Positions 19,097-30,682 of a DNA stretch of 64,000 bases are shown here, piece after piece. The notes under the pieces were generated by a model. The model worked only from the letters and a program-made list of their open reading frames with translations, was not told the origin of the DNA and searched no databases. The position numbers were made by a program, and so were the translations under genes. Positions within the stretch are counted from its first letter, which is position 1. Every line of letters begins with the position of its first letter. Origin of the DNA: Verrucomicrobiota bacterium. Lineage in GTDB: Bacteria > Verrucomicrobiota > Verrucomicrobiia > Limisphaerales > AAA164-E04. The stretch lies in NCBI GenBank assembly GCA_047947115.1, contig CP170459.1, forward strand, positions 768,001 through 832,000. Reading direction: 5' to 3'.

Positions 19097-19352
19097 CAAT
19101 GCGCCATATAACCAACTGATATCCTGTGCCCATCCCAGAGTTCAAGGTCTTTTGTTGATGCAAGTTTCCCAAAAAGTAGTCTGGAAAACCGGGAGTAATC
19201 AGTCCATTCACTCCTCTAAAAGCAAACCACACTCAAACGACTCGCCCCGACCGCCGACTTGACTTTCCAAGTGCGGATTCGCATGGTGATCCTGTTTAGA
19301 TTCTGAAATGAACATGAATCGTTCCGATTGGGAACGAACCGAAACATTGAAT

Positions 19353-22061
19353 ATGAGCAGCAACAATACAATGAACACACTGAGGGAATTCACACTAGGC
19401 GGTGGAGGCCAGGGTCAATTACACAGCTTACCGGCGTTGGAAGAGGCCGGGATAGGCAGCATTTCACGCCTGCCAGTCTCCATCCGGATCGTGCTGGAGT
19501 CCGTACTCCGCAACTGTGACGGAATCAAAGTCACCGAAGAAAGCGTCCGCCAACTGGCCAACTGGCAGCCCAAAGCCGAACGGACCTCTGAAATCCCCTT
19601 CGTGGTCGCCCGCATCGTGCTTCAAGATTTCACCGGAGTACCGCTGCTTGTAGACCTGGCCGCCATGCGTTCCGCCGTCAACCGATTGGGCAAGAACTCA
19701 AAGATCATAGAACCCCTCGTTCCCGTTGATCTTGTGGTGGATCATTCAGTGCAAGTGGATTTCGCCGGCACCGCCGACGCCATGGACCGAAATCTGGACA
19801 AAGAATTCACCCGCAACCGCGAACGCTACCAGTTCCTCAAATGGGGCATGCAGGCCTTCGATACCTTCAAAGTCGTCCCTCCCGGTATCGGCATCGTGCA
19901 TCAGGTCAATCTCGAATACCTTGCGAAAGGGGTTCTCAGCGCAGACAATATCTATTATCCGGACACCCTGGTCGGCACCGATTCACACACCACCATGATC
20001 AACGGCCTCGGGGTTGTTGGCTGGGGCGTGGGTGGCATCGAAGCCGAAGCAGGCATGCTCGGCCAGCCTGTGTATTTCCTCACACCTGACGTCGTGGGCG
20101 TCAACCTGACCGGAAGCCTACGCGAAGGGGTTACCGCGACCGACTTGGCGTTGACCGTTACCGAAATGCTGCGAAAAGCGAAAGTGGTCGGTAAATTCGT
20201 CGAATTCTACGGCCCGGGCGCCCAGGCACTGCCATTGGTGGACCGTGCTACCATCGCCAACATGGCCCCCGAATACGGCGCAACCATGGGATTCTTCCCC
20301 ATCGACGGGGAAACCGTGAACTACATGCGAGCGACCGGACGTTCGGAGGAACTCTGCGCCACCTATGAAAATTACTACAAGGCGCAGGGCCTGTTCGGCA
20401 TCCCCAACAAGGGCGACATCGACTACTCGGTCGATCTGGAACTCGATCTGGGAACCGTCGAACCCAGCGTGGCGGGCCCCAAACGCCCGCAGGACCGCAT
20501 CGTATTGCCCGACCTGAAAAACAGTTTTCAATCCATGTTCTCCAGACCGGTTGCCGAAGGCGGATTCGGCAAGGACGCTGCTGCCTTGGAATCCACTCAG
20601 GTGAGCGTTGACAACAACGGCTCCGGTTCTGTGGAGCTCAAACATGGCAGCGTGCTGATCGCAGCCATCACCAGCTGCACCAACACCTCCAACCCGGGTG
20701 TCATGCTCGGTGCCGGATTGCTCGCCAAGAAAGCGGTCGAAAAAGGGCTTAAAGTCAACCCTGCTGTCAAGGCTTCCCTGGCTCCAGGTTCCCGCGTCGT
20801 GAGCGATTATCTCGAGCAAGCCGGACTCCAAACTTACCTGGATCAACTTGGGTTCAATTTGGTTGGTTACGGCTGCACCACCTGTATCGGAAACAGCGGT
20901 CCATTGGCCAAACCGATCGAAGAAGCCGTCGTCAACAACGATCTGGTCGCCGCTTCCGTCCTTTCCGGAAACCGAAACTTCGAAGCCCGAGTTCACCAAA
21001 ACATCAAAGCCAACTTCCTCATGTCGCCGCCTCTGGTCGTGGCGTTTGCCCTAGCAGGTCGTGTGGATATCAATCTGGAAGAAGAAGCCCTCGGCAGCGA
21101 TTCCGAAGGCAACCCGGTCTTTTTGAAAGATCTCTGGCCGAGCCTGGAGGATATCAAAGCCCTGTTTGCCAAGGCCATGGATCCTGCAGTTTTCCGAAAA
21201 CTATATACCGATTTTGCCGACCAGAATCCGAAATGGAACGAAATCCCATCTTCAGTGGGCGACGTATATGAGTGGGATTTGAAGAGCACATACATTCAAG
21301 AGCCGCCTTTCTTCACCGACTTCGATCTCGAACCCGGCACCATCACCCCGATCGAAGGTGCACGCGCCTTGGGCATTTTCGGGGACAGCGTGACCACCGA
21401 CCATATCAGTCCCGCCGGAGCGATCAAAAAAGATTCACCCGCCGGACGATTCCTGGGCGAAAACGACGTGGCAGTAGCCGACTTCAACAGCTACGGTTCA
21501 CGACGCGGCAATGACCGAATCATGACCCGTGGAACCTTTGCCAATGTGCGCATCAAGAACCTGATGGTTCCCGGCGTGGAAGGCGGTGTCACCAAGCACC
21601 AGCCATCCGGCGACCAAACCAGCATCTACGATGCCGCTCAACGTTACGCCGAGGAAAAGACTCCATTGGTCGTATTGGCCGGTCAGGAGTATGGAACAGG
21701 AAGTTCGCGCGACTGGGCCGCCAAGGGCACCCGCTTGCTGGGAGTGCGCGCGGTGGTGGCCGCCAGTTTCGAACGCATCCATCGCTCCAATCTGGTGGGC
21801 ATGGGTGTGCTGCCTCTGCAATTCGAAGATGGTCAAAATGTCCAATCACTTAACCTCGACGGCAGTGAAACCTTTGACATTGTCGGACTCAACAACGATC
21901 TGAAACCCCGTCAGGAACTGCAACTGCGCATCACCCGCGCCAACGGCCAACAGGTCGACGTGGCGTTGCGCTGCCGCATCGACACCGATATCGAAATCGA
22001 ATACTACCGCCACGGTGGCATCCTGCCATATGTCCTCCGCCAATTGGTGGCCAAGGCATGA
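19353..22061 (+). CDS. acnA: Aconitate hydratase A
   Basis: [82 protein letters not shown]. Confidence 0.97.
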   Translation: MSSNNTMNTLREFTLGGGGQGQLHSLPALEEAGIGSISRLPVSIRIVLESVLRNCDGIKVTEESVRQLANWQPKAERTSEIPFVVARIVLQDFTGVPLLVDLAAMRSAVNRLGKNSKIIEPLVPVDLVVDHSVQVDFAGTADAMDRNLDKEFTRNRERYQFLKWGMQAFDTFKVVPPGIGIVHQVNLEYLAKGVLSADNIYYPDTLVGTDSHTTMINGLGVVGWGVGGIEAEAGMLGQPVYFLTPDVVGVNLTGSLREGVTATDLALTVTEMLRKAKVVGKFVEFYGPGAQALPLVDRATIANMAPEYGATMGFFPIDGETVNYMRATGRSEELCATYENYYKAQGLFGIPNKGDIDYSVDLELDLGTVEPSVAGPKRPQDRIVLPDLKNSFQSMFSRPVAEGGFGKDAAALESTQVSVDNNGSGSVELKHGSVLIAAITSCTNTSNPGVMLGAGLLAKKAVEKGLKVNPAVKASLAPGSRVVSDYLEQAGLQTYLDQLGFNLVGYGCTTCIGNSGPLAKPIEEAVVNNDLVAASVLSGNRNFEARVHQNIKANFLMSPPLVVAFALAGRVDINLEEEALGSDSEGNPVFLKDLWPSLEDIKALFAKAMDPAVFRKLYTDFADQNPKWNEIPSSVGDVYEWDLKSTYIQEPPFFTDFDLEPGTITPIEGARALGIFGDSVTTDHISPAGAIKKDSPAGRFLGENDVAVADFNSYGSRRGNDRIMTRGTFANVRIKNLMVPGVEGGVTKHQPSGDQTSIYDAAQRYAEEKTPLVVLAGQEYGTGSSRDWAAKGTRLLGVRAVVAASFERIHRSNLVGMGVLPLQFEDGQNVQSLNLDGSETFDIVGLNNDLKPRQELQLRITRANGQQVDVALRCRIDTDIEIEYYRHGGILPYVLRQLVAKA

Positions 22062-22086
22062 TGTATCCGTCCAGTTAAAGGCATTC

Positions 22087-22121
22087 AAGGGCGTCTCCCA
22101 TGACAAGGAGACGCCCTTTTT
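22087..22121 (+). terminator. Rho-independent terminator after acnA
   Basis: AAGGGCGTCTCC-catgacaa-GGAGACGCCCTT followed by TTT. Confidence 0.8.
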
Positions 22122-22162
22122 GTTGGTTTCTTCGATCAATACCATCCAGAATACCCCAGAGA

Positions 22163-23296
22163 ATGACGACATCGTTCGATGATATGGACCTGAAGTTCAT
22201 GCGACGCGCACTTCAATTGGCAAAGCGCGGTTATGGCCGCGTATCGCCCAACCCAATGGTCGGGGCCGTGCTGACACGCCGGGACTCCATCATCGGTGAA
22301 GGTTGGCATAAAAAGGCAGGTGAAGCACATGCCGAAGTCGCGGCGTTGAACGACGCTAAACAACGCAAAAACAGAGTCAATGATGCCACTCTTTACGTCA
22401 CCCTTGAACCCTGCTCCACCACAGGAAGAACCCCCCCCTGCACCCGGGCCATTCTGGATGCAGGTATCAAAAGGGTGGTCGTGGCATGCCTGGATCCCAA
22501 TCCGAAACATGCAGGGCGAGGCATTGCACTTTTGGAATCAGCAGGCCTGAAGGTGACGAGCGGAGTGCTTGAAGACAAAGCCATGGCATTGAACCACTCC
22601 TTCTTTCACTGGATCCAGCACCATCGCCCCTGGGTAACCATCAAGGCCGCCATGACCCTGGATGGAAAGATTGCAACCGCATCCGGAGAATCCAAATGGA
22701 TCACCGGCACCGAAGCGCGCAGGCACGCCATGAAGCTGAGGTTTGGCATGGATGCCATGTTGGTGGGCATCGAAACCGTCCTAATGGATGATCCATCTCT
22801 CACAGTGCGTCTGGGGACTTCGACTCAACCATCCAAACCGCTCCTGCGCCTGGTGCTCGATTCCAAAGCACGCATTCCACTCGATTCCAAACTGGTCACG
22901 GATCCGTGGAACCAGTGGACGCGGGTTGTCATATCCCAGTCAGCACCCCGAAAACGAGTGAAACTTCTGCAAGAGAAGGTCAAAGTGTGGGAGTCTCCCA
23001 ATAGTGGTCACATCGATTTGAACTGGCTATTGCTTCAATTGGGAGCAGAAAATGTCACATCACTGCTGGTGGAAGGTGGTGGAAAGGTCAATGCAGGATT
23101 CTTCGAGCAACAGCTAGTTCACGCAGTGGCATTTTATTATGCCCCCAAAGTGCTGGGCGGCGAACATTCGCGACGTGCCGTCAGCGGAAAGGGCGCGAAA
23201 ACTCTTCAGGAAGCGATTCGATTGAAAAACGCAAGCTGGAAAAAAGTAGGACAGGATCTGGTAATGCAGGCTTTGGTGAACAAATCAAAGGAGTGA
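22163..23296 (+). CDS. ribD: Bifunctional diaminohydroxyphosphoribosylaminopyrimidine deaminase/reductase
   Basis: SPNPMVGAV, HAEV, TLEPCSTTGRTPPC, KAAMTLDGKIAT..GESKWIT, LLVEGGG. Confidence 0.95.
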   Translation: MTTSFDDMDLKFMRRALQLAKRGYGRVSPNPMVGAVLTRRDSIIGEGWHKKAGEAHAEVAALNDAKQRKNRVNDATLYVTLEPCSTTGRTPPCTRAILDAGIKRVVVACLDPNPKHAGRGIALLESAGLKVTSGVLEDKAMALNHSFFHWIQHHRPWVTIKAAMTLDGKIATASGESKWITGTEARRHAMKLRFGMDAMLVGIETVLMDDPSLTVRLGTSTQPSKPLLRLVLDSKARIPLDSKLVTDPWNQWTRVVISQSAPRKRVKLLQEKVKVWESPNSGHIDLNWLLLQLGAENVTSLLVEGGGKVNAGFFEQQLVHAVAFYYAPKVLGGEHSRRAVSGKGAKTLQEAIRLKNASWKKVGQDLVMQALVNKSKE

Positions 23297-23313
23297 AAAT
23301 TCAAATCAACTGC

Positions 23314-23937
23314 TCAAGCATCTCGTTCATCGGGCGTTTTTGCAACCATCCCGCCCGTCCTGGCGAACCAGAAGGCAGGTCCGATCCCTCCTCCAAAAAA
23401 GAATCCATACGCCACACCCCAGGCCACCGCACCCCACGGCATCCCCATTGAGGCATGCAGCCATGATCCGATGAAGTAGCCACTGGCATTGGAAATCGTC
23501 AGCACCATCCATACCCGGTGCCATTCCTTCATGTTGCCAAGAAACGCACAAATGCAAAGCCCCATGGCCAGCGATCCAAATATCGCCGCCAAAGCCTCAC
23601 CTGTCCGATTGCGCGTCAACATCCAGACAACAATCCATATGACGGCATATGCGGCAAATGAAGTTGAGAAAATCTTAAAAAACTTCAATCGCGCACCCGG
23701 TCCGGGTGTCAGCCCCTTCATGACCTCGCAGCCAATCCCGAGATAAAGAACCAACCAGGCAATGTAAGCGCCCGCTTCTCCCAGAGCACGATAGAACCAC
23801 CCTCCAAGAAACGCCCACGAGCCAAAAACAGCCAGGCTGGCCAAGCCAAATCCCAGCACACCAATGCGCCAGGCATCCCAAATATGTTGCGTGAACGATG
23901 TCGTCCGATCGTTGACGGGTTCAGTCTGATCGATCAT
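23314..23937 (-). CDS. Hypothetical integral membrane protein
   Basis: 207-aa hydrophobic, Gly-rich ORF with about six TM segments; 4-bp overlap with ogt. Confidence 0.7.
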   Translation of the reverse strand: MIDQTEPVNDRTTSFTQHIWDAWRIGVLGFGLASLAVFGSWAFLGGWFYRALGEAGAYIAWLVLYLGIGCEVMKGLTPGPGARLKFFKIFSTSFAAYAVIWIVVWMLTRNRTGEALAAIFGSLAMGLCICAFLGNMKEWHRVWMVLTISNASGYFIGSWLHASMGMPWGAVAWGVAYGFFFGGGIGPAFWFARTGGMVAKTPDERDA

Positions 23938-24440
23938 ATTTCAACACCTTCCAAATCCAATAAGTGTTGTTTCCACTCAATCCCTCCTGAAAAACCACCC
24001 AACTTCCGGTTGGTTGCCAGCACTCGATGGCAAGGAATGATCAGGGGTATTGGGTTGGCACCACAGGCTCCGCCGACAGCCCGGACGGCTTTTGGTTTGC
24101 GGATCTTTTTGGCTATTTCACCGTAAGACCTGGTCTTGCCGTAAGGGATGCTCTGCAAGGCAAGCCAGACGCTTTGTTGAAACGGGGTGCCAAGCTGGAG
24201 ATCAAGTGGTGGAACAGTCCGGGCTCCAGGCTGCTTTCCCTGCAGATAGTCTTTAACCCACTGCCGGGTAGCCTTTTGCCATTCCTGAACCTGTCTGGAG
24301 GGACGATGCCCGGTATCGGCATTTATCTCGACAGGAAACCTGCCGGGGAACCACAGTCCTGTGAGTCCCGCCCCGGAAAAAGCGGAAACCCAGGTATCGG
24401 AACCAATCCGAAAGGCGTCGATGTGAATCGGTTCTTCCAT
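23934..24440 (-). CDS. ogt: Methylated-DNA--protein-cysteine methyltransferase
   Basis: GTPFQQSVW..L..IPYGKTRSYGEIA...AVRAVGGACGANPIPLIIPCHRV...LGGFSGG. Confidence 0.95.
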   Translation of the reverse strand: MEEPIHIDAFRIGSDTWVSAFSGAGLTGLWFPGRFPVEINADTGHRPSRQVQEWQKATRQWVKDYLQGKQPGARTVPPLDLQLGTPFQQSVWLALQSIPYGKTRSYGEIAKKIRKPKAVRAVGGACGANPIPLIIPCHRVLATNRKLGGFSGGIEWKQHLLDLEGVEI

Positions 24441-24443
24441 GAG

Positions 24444-24992
24444 TCAGGGACGCATCACGGCAAACACACCGCAAAGGATGAGCAGAAACAGGACAAACAT
24501 CATCAGAAACCGGTTGCGCGCAATGCGTTTTTCCCGCCGCAACGGCTCAATCCCCTGCACTCCTCCAACGGCCATGTATTGCGCCAATTTCTGAGGCTTC
24601 GGTTTTTCAGTTACGGACTTTCGTTGAAATTCCGGCTTGCCGCCAACCCGCCCGCGTACCCAAGCCATGGGATCGAGTTTCCGAACACCCAATGCGTTAT
24701 AATGGGCTTCGGGATCCCGGATTTCTTCGACGACTCGCAAATCGTCGTGCTCAACCGTTTCAAATAGAGCCCCCATTGATGAACGGTCTGACCGGTCATC
24801 AGACTTTCGTGAGAGCAGCGAAGTTGTTCGTTGAAATTTCGGTTCCTGGCTGGATTGCTTTTTCAAACGCCGGATTTCGGCTTTGAGTTCACGGGCGCGA
24901 GTGTTCAGGTTGCGTGCCCTGGCTGAAATGGGATCTTTCCCAGCCCGCAGCAATTTGTTCAAAAGGGAACCTTTACCGGTGATGCGCATCAT
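24444..24992 (-). CDS. Hypothetical protein, N-terminal coiled coil and C-terminal TM anchor
   Basis: RARELKAEIRRLKKQ; PLRREKRIARNRF followed by a terminal hydrophobic helix. Confidence 0.65.
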   Translation of the reverse strand: MMRITGKGSLLNKLLRAGKDPISARARNLNTRARELKAEIRRLKKQSSQEPKFQRTTSLLSRKSDDRSDRSSMGALFETVEHDDLRVVEEIRDPEAHYNALGVRKLDPMAWVRGRVGGKPEFQRKSVTEKPKPQKLAQYMAVGGVQGIEPLRREKRIARNRFLMMFVLFLLILCGVFAVMRP

Positions 24993-25024
24993 GTCTTGTC
25001 ATTTTCTGACTGCCTTACGAGGCA

Positions 25025-25771
25025 TCAGGATCCACCCTGAAGCCATACAGCTACCAGCATGAACACGCCAACCAGTAAGACCAAAGCCACAGGCCAAGTC
25101 AATGCCAACCCGATTTGAGCCCATTGTTTCCAGGAAAACTGGTCGAAATCCAGCGATGCCAACAGGGATTGAAGGGTCGATGGAGATTTTGGCTTGGGCG
25201 TGGTTTTGATTTTAGGCTCCGGAATGGAATGCGGCACAGGGGCCGATGTTGGTGCGGTTTTTGGATTGAGAACCGGAAATTTTGGAACGGCGCTGATCCA
25301 TTCCTTACGTGCGTTCTCGATGGTGATGAGCGCACGGGTAAGTTCGCGGTTGAGATTGTCCTCTTCCCAGGCATCCTCTGACAATTCCTCCACCTTTTCC
25401 AAGTGCTCCCGAAATTCCACCAGGGATTTGCCCATGTCCTCAATTTGACGGCGGGCTTTTTCCTCTTCCTCTTCAAGCGTGGCGATGCCTTTGCTCAGGT
25501 TGTTCAACATTTCCTCGCGCCCTTGGGTGAATTCGGCACGACGTCTCCTTAAATCCTCGAGAGCGACTCTTTCCTTTTCGAGCCTCTCCTGCTCCTGCTT
25601 GAGCGCAATGAGTCGCTGTTGTGTGGTACCAACCTTGGCCTCAAGTTGTTCGCGTGCAGGAATGCGTTTAATCGGACCATCCTGAGGCGCTTCGGCCATG
25701 TCGGTGAGGGACATTTGCTGGGATTGCTGGTATTCCCTGTCGATAAAATCGTTGTCGTCGTGCGGAGCCAT
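25025..25771 (-). CDS. Hypothetical coiled-coil protein with C-terminal TM anchor
   Basis: Long E/Q/R/L heptad region, Pro-rich linker, terminal TM (GLALTWPVALVLLVGVFMLVAVWL); start taken at MAPHDD. Confidence 0.7.
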   Translation of the reverse strand: MAPHDDNDFIDREYQQSQQMSLTDMAEAPQDGPIKRIPAREQLEAKVGTTQQRLIALKQEQERLEKERVALEDLRRRRAEFTQGREEMLNNLSKGIATLEEEEEKARRQIEDMGKSLVEFREHLEKVEELSEDAWEEDNLNRELTRALITIENARKEWISAVPKFPVLNPKTAPTSAPVPHSIPEPKIKTTPKPKSPSTLQSLLASLDFDQFSWKQWAQIGLALTWPVALVLLVGVFMLVAVWLQGGS

Positions 25772-25857
25772 CCTATTAAAATAATGACAACATGCGGATC
25801 TGTAAAGCGACCGGGGACATTTTAACGTCCATTCGACCTCTTTTTTCGCAAAAACCT

Positions 25858-27609
25858 TCAAATTTCCATGTGCCGAAGCCGATTGATCCCGATGCGATAA
25901 GGAATCAGACCCAATCCCAATGACAACACCGTAAAGCTCCCCCAGCCCAACGCCACCACCCAAGGAACAGTTTGCTCCCGCCAGGGAGATCCAACAGCCA
26001 AAATGGCGATGCTTCCAACAATATACAAGAAACTCAGCACCAAACAGAATGTCCCACCGAAACCACTGACAATTTTACTGGGATTATCTTCCTTGAAATT
26101 GGGATAGATCACACCTAACCCCATGGCAAGACCGTTAAGCGTCAAAGCCATCACCGCAATCACAAAAGTAAAATAACCGATCTGCATCCAAGGCATGTTC
26201 AACATGTGGCAAGACATGAAAATCAAGATACCGGTGAGACTCATGGAAATCAGACAGGCCAGTGTGTATTTGATGCCGATGACCTTTTTCAAACCAATCG
26301 GGGCCATGCCAACGATCCAAAGCCGCTTGCCCTCAAGAGAGAATTGGGGAAACACAAAGCGAGTGGTCAGGGTCGCCAGATTGAGCGAGCAAGCCCCCAG
26401 GTTCATGTAGGAAATAAGGTGAATCCAGAAGGGATTGTTGAGTTTCGATGAAAAATTCTTGAGGTTCACAATGTAGGCCGCAAGCAATCCAAAGAGCAGA
26501 AGGCTTTGCCCCCATTGACTCGTATCCCGCCAGAACACCCGAACATCCTTCACCAAAACAGCACGAAAATCCGGAGGCATCCAGAAAAGCAAACCAAAAA
26601 AACGCTCCAAAAACCCGGGACTCCAAGCCTTGGAACGATTCCTTTTGCCACGATCCAACCACTGAACCCATTTCCAGCGACTCGCCACCGGTCCGCGACT
26701 TTGAACTGCGGAAGCGGCTTCATAAAGAGGTGAACCGGCCATCACCATCGTAAACCGCCCCCAGAACAATCCATAACTCAGCATGACCAACATAAAAAAG
26801 CCCGTGGCACTGATTGCCCCCTCACTCCATGAAATCACACCGGATGCCAGCCAATAACTGGGCAGAAAGGCAAACTGACTGAACTGGGTGTTTTTCAACA
26901 AACGATCCAATACCAGCATGACACGGGTCTCCAACATGTCGTCTGTCACCACATCAGGTTTCAACCAGAACGCCAACGCCACCAACACCAAGACCCCCAA
27001 ACCAAGAGTCGTGTACTGAAAAAACCGCCGATCCATGTAACGGGCCAATCCGATCGCCGACCAGGCCCCGGCAATGGCTGGCAGAATCACAAACATCAAA
27101 ACCATGAACACTGTCACGGGATAAAAGGTCCAGTCCACATCCTCCACCAAACCATAAGCAACCAGCAGTGGAGCAATCAAAAACAGAAACGCCCAGGAAG
27201 CCACTACGGTCGATTCGAGAAACTTCCATTGGAAGATGGCATTGGGAGAAATGGGCAGACAATGGAGGAAATTTGTTTCGCGATTACGAAACAAGTTTGA
27301 ATAGCTGATGACCAGATTACTGATCAGCAACAACGCAAACAGGAACGCGAACAAGATAAAAATCATACGTTCCACGAGCAAATCCCCCAAACCCGGAAAC
27401 GCCCCGACAAAGCGCATCGCACGATAAAAAAGGGCAAAAGACAACCAACAGTATCCCACAATGAACAACAGAACTGTAACGGATAACAGTTTGGACTGTA
27501 AGAGGACGGCTTCCAATCGCCGCCAGTTCTGTTTGAGATGAACACCCGCCAACAGTGCAAAACCGCTGCGCTCACGATAAGGCTCCGAGTTGGTATCGCC
27601 TGGATCCAT
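25858..27609 (-). CDS. Putative ABC transporter permease (large, multi-TM)
   Basis: Many TM segments; LFRNRETNFL..LPI, KDVRVFWRDTSQW, RFVFPQFSLEGKRLWI; follows an ABC ATPase. Confidence 0.8.
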   Translation of the reverse strand: MDPGDTNSEPYRERSGFALLAGVHLKQNWRRLEAVLLQSKLLSVTVLLFIVGYCWLSFALFYRAMRFVGAFPGLGDLLVERMIFILFAFLFALLLISNLVISYSNLFRNRETNFLHCLPISPNAIFQWKFLESTVVASWAFLFLIAPLLVAYGLVEDVDWTFYPVTVFMVLMFVILPAIAGAWSAIGLARYMDRRFFQYTTLGLGVLVLVALAFWLKPDVVTDDMLETRVMLVLDRLLKNTQFSQFAFLPSYWLASGVISWSEGAISATGFFMLVMLSYGLFWGRFTMVMAGSPLYEAASAVQSRGPVASRWKWVQWLDRGKRNRSKAWSPGFLERFFGLLFWMPPDFRAVLVKDVRVFWRDTSQWGQSLLLFGLLAAYIVNLKNFSSKLNNPFWIHLISYMNLGACSLNLATLTTRFVFPQFSLEGKRLWIVGMAPIGLKKVIGIKYTLACLISMSLTGILIFMSCHMLNMPWMQIGYFTFVIAVMALTLNGLAMGLGVIYPNFKEDNPSKIVSGFGGTFCLVLSFLYIVGSIAILAVGSPWREQTVPWVVALGWGSFTVLSLGLGLIPYRIGINRLRHMEI

Positions 27610-27612
27610 GAT

Positions 27613-28356
27613 TCAAGGATGCGTCACCGCAGACTCGGTTTGAGTTGTCAATCTCAGAAAACTCTTCTCAAGAGCGCCATCCTGTCCGCTCTGATGCCTT
27701 AACTCCTCGCTCGTGCCCATAGCGATCAATTTCCCCTGGTGAATGATGCCGATACGATCAGCCATTTCTTCTGCCACCGACAATTGGTGTGTGGACAGGA
27801 ACACGGTCATTCCTGCCCGAGAACGTTCTTTTAAAATGTCTTTAACGATCCGTGCATGCTGAGGATCCAGGCCGACCATGGGCTCATCGATCACAAATAC
27901 CTCCGGATCATGCAGCAAAGCCGATGCAATGGCGACACGCTGTCGAGTGCCATGTGAAAGGCCTTCGATGGGCTTGTGCAAAAAGGCATCCAGATGAAAA
28001 CGTCTGGCCAATTGCTCCCCTTCCTTGCGAACCCGGTCGTGATCAATTTTAAATAATTGACCGGTAAACCGCATAAACTCCAGAGGTGTCAGTTTCTCGT
28101 ACAGAAAAGGAAAATCGGGGACATAGGCCAGCCGTTCGCGGGCTTTTAATGGGTTCTGCTGGATATCATATCCGGCCACCACGACCGAACCGCGTGTAGG
28201 TTTGACCAACCCGACCATCATTTTGATAGTGGTGGTCTTTCCAGCCGCATTAGGGCCGAGCACGGCAAAGAACTCGCCCCTGGGAACCACCAGGTCGATG
28301 CCGTCCACAGCGATCAAATCGCCAAATTGCTTCACTAGCCCCTTGAGCTCAATCAT
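27613..28356 (-). CDS. ABC transporter ATP-binding protein
   Basis: GPNAAGKTT, LSHGTRQR, VIDEPMVGLDP, STH. Confidence 0.92.
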   Translation of the reverse strand: MIELKGLVKQFGDLIAVDGIDLVVPRGEFFAVLGPNAAGKTTTIKMMVGLVKPTRGSVVVAGYDIQQNPLKARERLAYVPDFPFLYEKLTPLEFMRFTGQLFKIDHDRVRKEGEQLARRFHLDAFLHKPIEGLSHGTRQRVAIASALLHDPEVFVIDEPMVGLDPQHARIVKDILKERSRAGMTVFLSTHQLSVAEEMADRIGIIHQGKLIAMGTSEELRHQSGQDGALEKSFLRLTTQTESAVTHP

Positions 28357-28491
28357 GACGCCTAACGTTTAAGCATACAGCCGAATGGTTTTCAAGATAC
28401 GATGACAGGTAATGATTTCTCCGTTTTACAACCGTGACAAATGCATGCATGTTATGTATTTTGACAGGGTAAGGATTCGGGCCTGACTCGT

Positions 28492-30579
28492 ATGAAGGAA
28501 TTTTTCGCGAAAAAACCGCTGAGCGGCAAAGTCAATACTTTGAACATCATCACCAATTCGTTGGCGATGGTGTTGGTGCTCGGTGCCATTTTTGGTCTGA
28601 GCCTTCTGCACTACAAAAACAAAGGCCTGAGCGAAAGTTCCCTCCTGGCTAAAATAGCCACCAACAGTCTGAGCAGATCACTCCCCCCCGCGGACAGGGA
28701 GGAAGGGGACAAGGCTCTCTCGGAGATATTTGCTTATCTGGATCCCGACATGGGGGTTCAACTTTTTGTGGATAATGAATTACGGGGGCAATTCCTGAAC
28801 CACGAAAATACCAATGACATCAATCTCCCAATGACCAGCGACGCTCCTCCCGAAACGGAAGAGCTGAATGGATGGACAGCGCACGTTGCCGTGCCTTTTG
28901 TTTTCACATCCGACCGTAAGACTGAAGCGATCATTTCCATCTTCGCAAGCGTGAAAAACGCTCAAATCAAAGCCGTCACCACAACGGCTGTCTTCGCCCT
29001 GATCGCCATCACATCGGTGATCCTGGCTCTCCTGGCAGGCCGAAAGCTGCAGCGATTCATCTCCGATCCCCTATTACTGTTGGCTGAAGCAACTGAAAAA
29101 ATCGCCAACGAAAAGAATTTCTCCATGCGTGTCTACAGCCCGTCAAAAGATGAAATCGGATTGCTTTACGAAGGATTCAACCGAATGCTTGAAGAGGTGG
29201 AACACAGGGATGAAATGATCCGCAAGACAAACGAACAATTGGAAGATCGAGTCAAAGCACGCACTTCCGAACTGGTACAGGCACACGCGGAAACCGAATC
29301 CATCAACAACCAACTGTTGGAGACCAACGAAAAGCTGAAAGCATCCATCGAGGAAGCCAAACAACTCGCCGTTGAAGCCCAGGCAGCCAGCAAGGCAAAA
29401 AGTGAATTCCTGGCCGCTATGAGCCATGAAATCCGTACCCCGATGAACGGGGTCATCGGTTTCACAAACCTTCTGCTCGATTCCAGCCTGGACGAAACAC
29501 AACGGGACTACGCCAACACCATCAAAAGTTCCGGTGAATCCCTGTTGGTGATCATCAATGACATTCTGGACTTCTCCAAAATCGAGGCCGGTAAATTCTT
29601 CCTGGATTCCACACCGTTCGACATGGCAGCCACATGCAATGAAGTGGTCGAACTCCTCTCCGAACAAGCCAACGCCAAGAATCTGGAACTGAAACTATTT
29701 TACGAACCGGACGCCCGCAAACATCTGGTGGGTGATCCGGGAAGAACCAAACAAGTGTTGATCAACCTGCTTTCCAATGCGATCAAATTCACTGAATCAG
29801 GCTTCATTCATGTTCGTGTGGAAAAAACAGCGGTCGACAAACATCCGGACGGACTCAAAATCAGTGTCACCGACACGGGCATCGGCATTCCTACCAACAA
29901 ACAAAATCTACTCTTTGAAAAGTTCTCACAAACCGACGCCTCCACCACACGCAAATATGGTGGCACCGGACTCGGTCTTGCCATTTGCAAAGAATTGGTG
30001 ACCCTGATGAACGGACAGATCGGATTCAAGAGCCAGGAAGGAAACGGATCCGTGTTCTGGTTCACCCTGCCAGCCTGGGAATTCGCATCGGACCTGTCTA
30101 AATCCGCCACCGAACCGAATCGACTCGCTCAGGAGGGCTCGGTGAAATTCGATCCAAACCAGATGAAGCCCCTCCCGGAAGGATTCACCGTACTGCTGGT
30201 CGAAGACAACACGGTCAACCAAAAGCTGGCGGCCAAAATCTTGTCCCAAATGGGTTGCCATGTGGATCTGGCAATCAACGGCAAAGAAGCTGTCGCCATG
30301 GCTCGCAAGCAATCCTATGACATCATCTTCATGGACTGCCAAATGCCGGAAATGGACGGTTACGAAGCAACCAGACGCATCCGTGACATCGAATTCGACA
30401 ACAAAGTCCCGGAAACCGAGCGCGTCCCCATCATCGCGATCACTGCCAATGCCATGCGCGGTGATAGGGAAAAATGCTTGGAAGAGGGCATGAACGACTA
30501 TATTGCGAAACCCATCGATGCAGGACAAATCGGGCAATTGATCGAAAAGTGGCGACACAAATCCAATCCCTCAAATTGA
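28492..30579 (+). CDS. Hybrid sensor histidine kinase/response regulator (TM-HAMP-HisKA-HATPase-REC)
   Basis: KSEFLAAMSHEIRTPMNG, QVLINLLSNAIKFT, DTGIGI, YGGTGLGLAI; REC domain LLVEDN..MDCQMPEMDG..KP. Confidence 0.95.
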   Translation: MKEFFAKKPLSGKVNTLNIITNSLAMVLVLGAIFGLSLLHYKNKGLSESSLLAKIATNSLSRSLPPADREEGDKALSEIFAYLDPDMGVQLFVDNELRGQFLNHENTNDINLPMTSDAPPETEELNGWTAHVAVPFVFTSDRKTEAIISIFASVKNAQIKAVTTTAVFALIAITSVILALLAGRKLQRFISDPLLLLAEATEKIANEKNFSMRVYSPSKDEIGLLYEGFNRMLEEVEHRDEMIRKTNEQLEDRVKARTSELVQAHAETESINNQLLETNEKLKASIEEAKQLAVEAQAASKAKSEFLAAMSHEIRTPMNGVIGFTNLLLDSSLDETQRDYANTIKSSGESLLVIINDILDFSKIEAGKFFLDSTPFDMAATCNEVVELLSEQANAKNLELKLFYEPDARKHLVGDPGRTKQVLINLLSNAIKFTESGFIHVRVEKTAVDKHPDGLKISVTDTGIGIPTNKQNLLFEKFSQTDASTTRKYGGTGLGLAICKELVTLMNGQIGFKSQEGNGSVFWFTLPAWEFASDLSKSATEPNRLAQEGSVKFDPNQMKPLPEGFTVLLVEDNTVNQKLAAKILSQMGCHVDLAINGKEAVAMARKQSYDIIFMDCQMPEMDGYEATRRIRDIEFDNKVPETERVPIIAITANAMRGDREKCLEEGMNDYIAKPIDAGQIGQLIEKWRHKSNPSN

Positions 30580-30682
30580 CCGACACTGCACTCCAATTGC
30601 CCTCCAGACGGTAACAAACAGTGTATTTCTCTTTCCCCGACGACTTGTCAGTCCTCCTTCTGTTGCTTATGGTGTAGGGACG

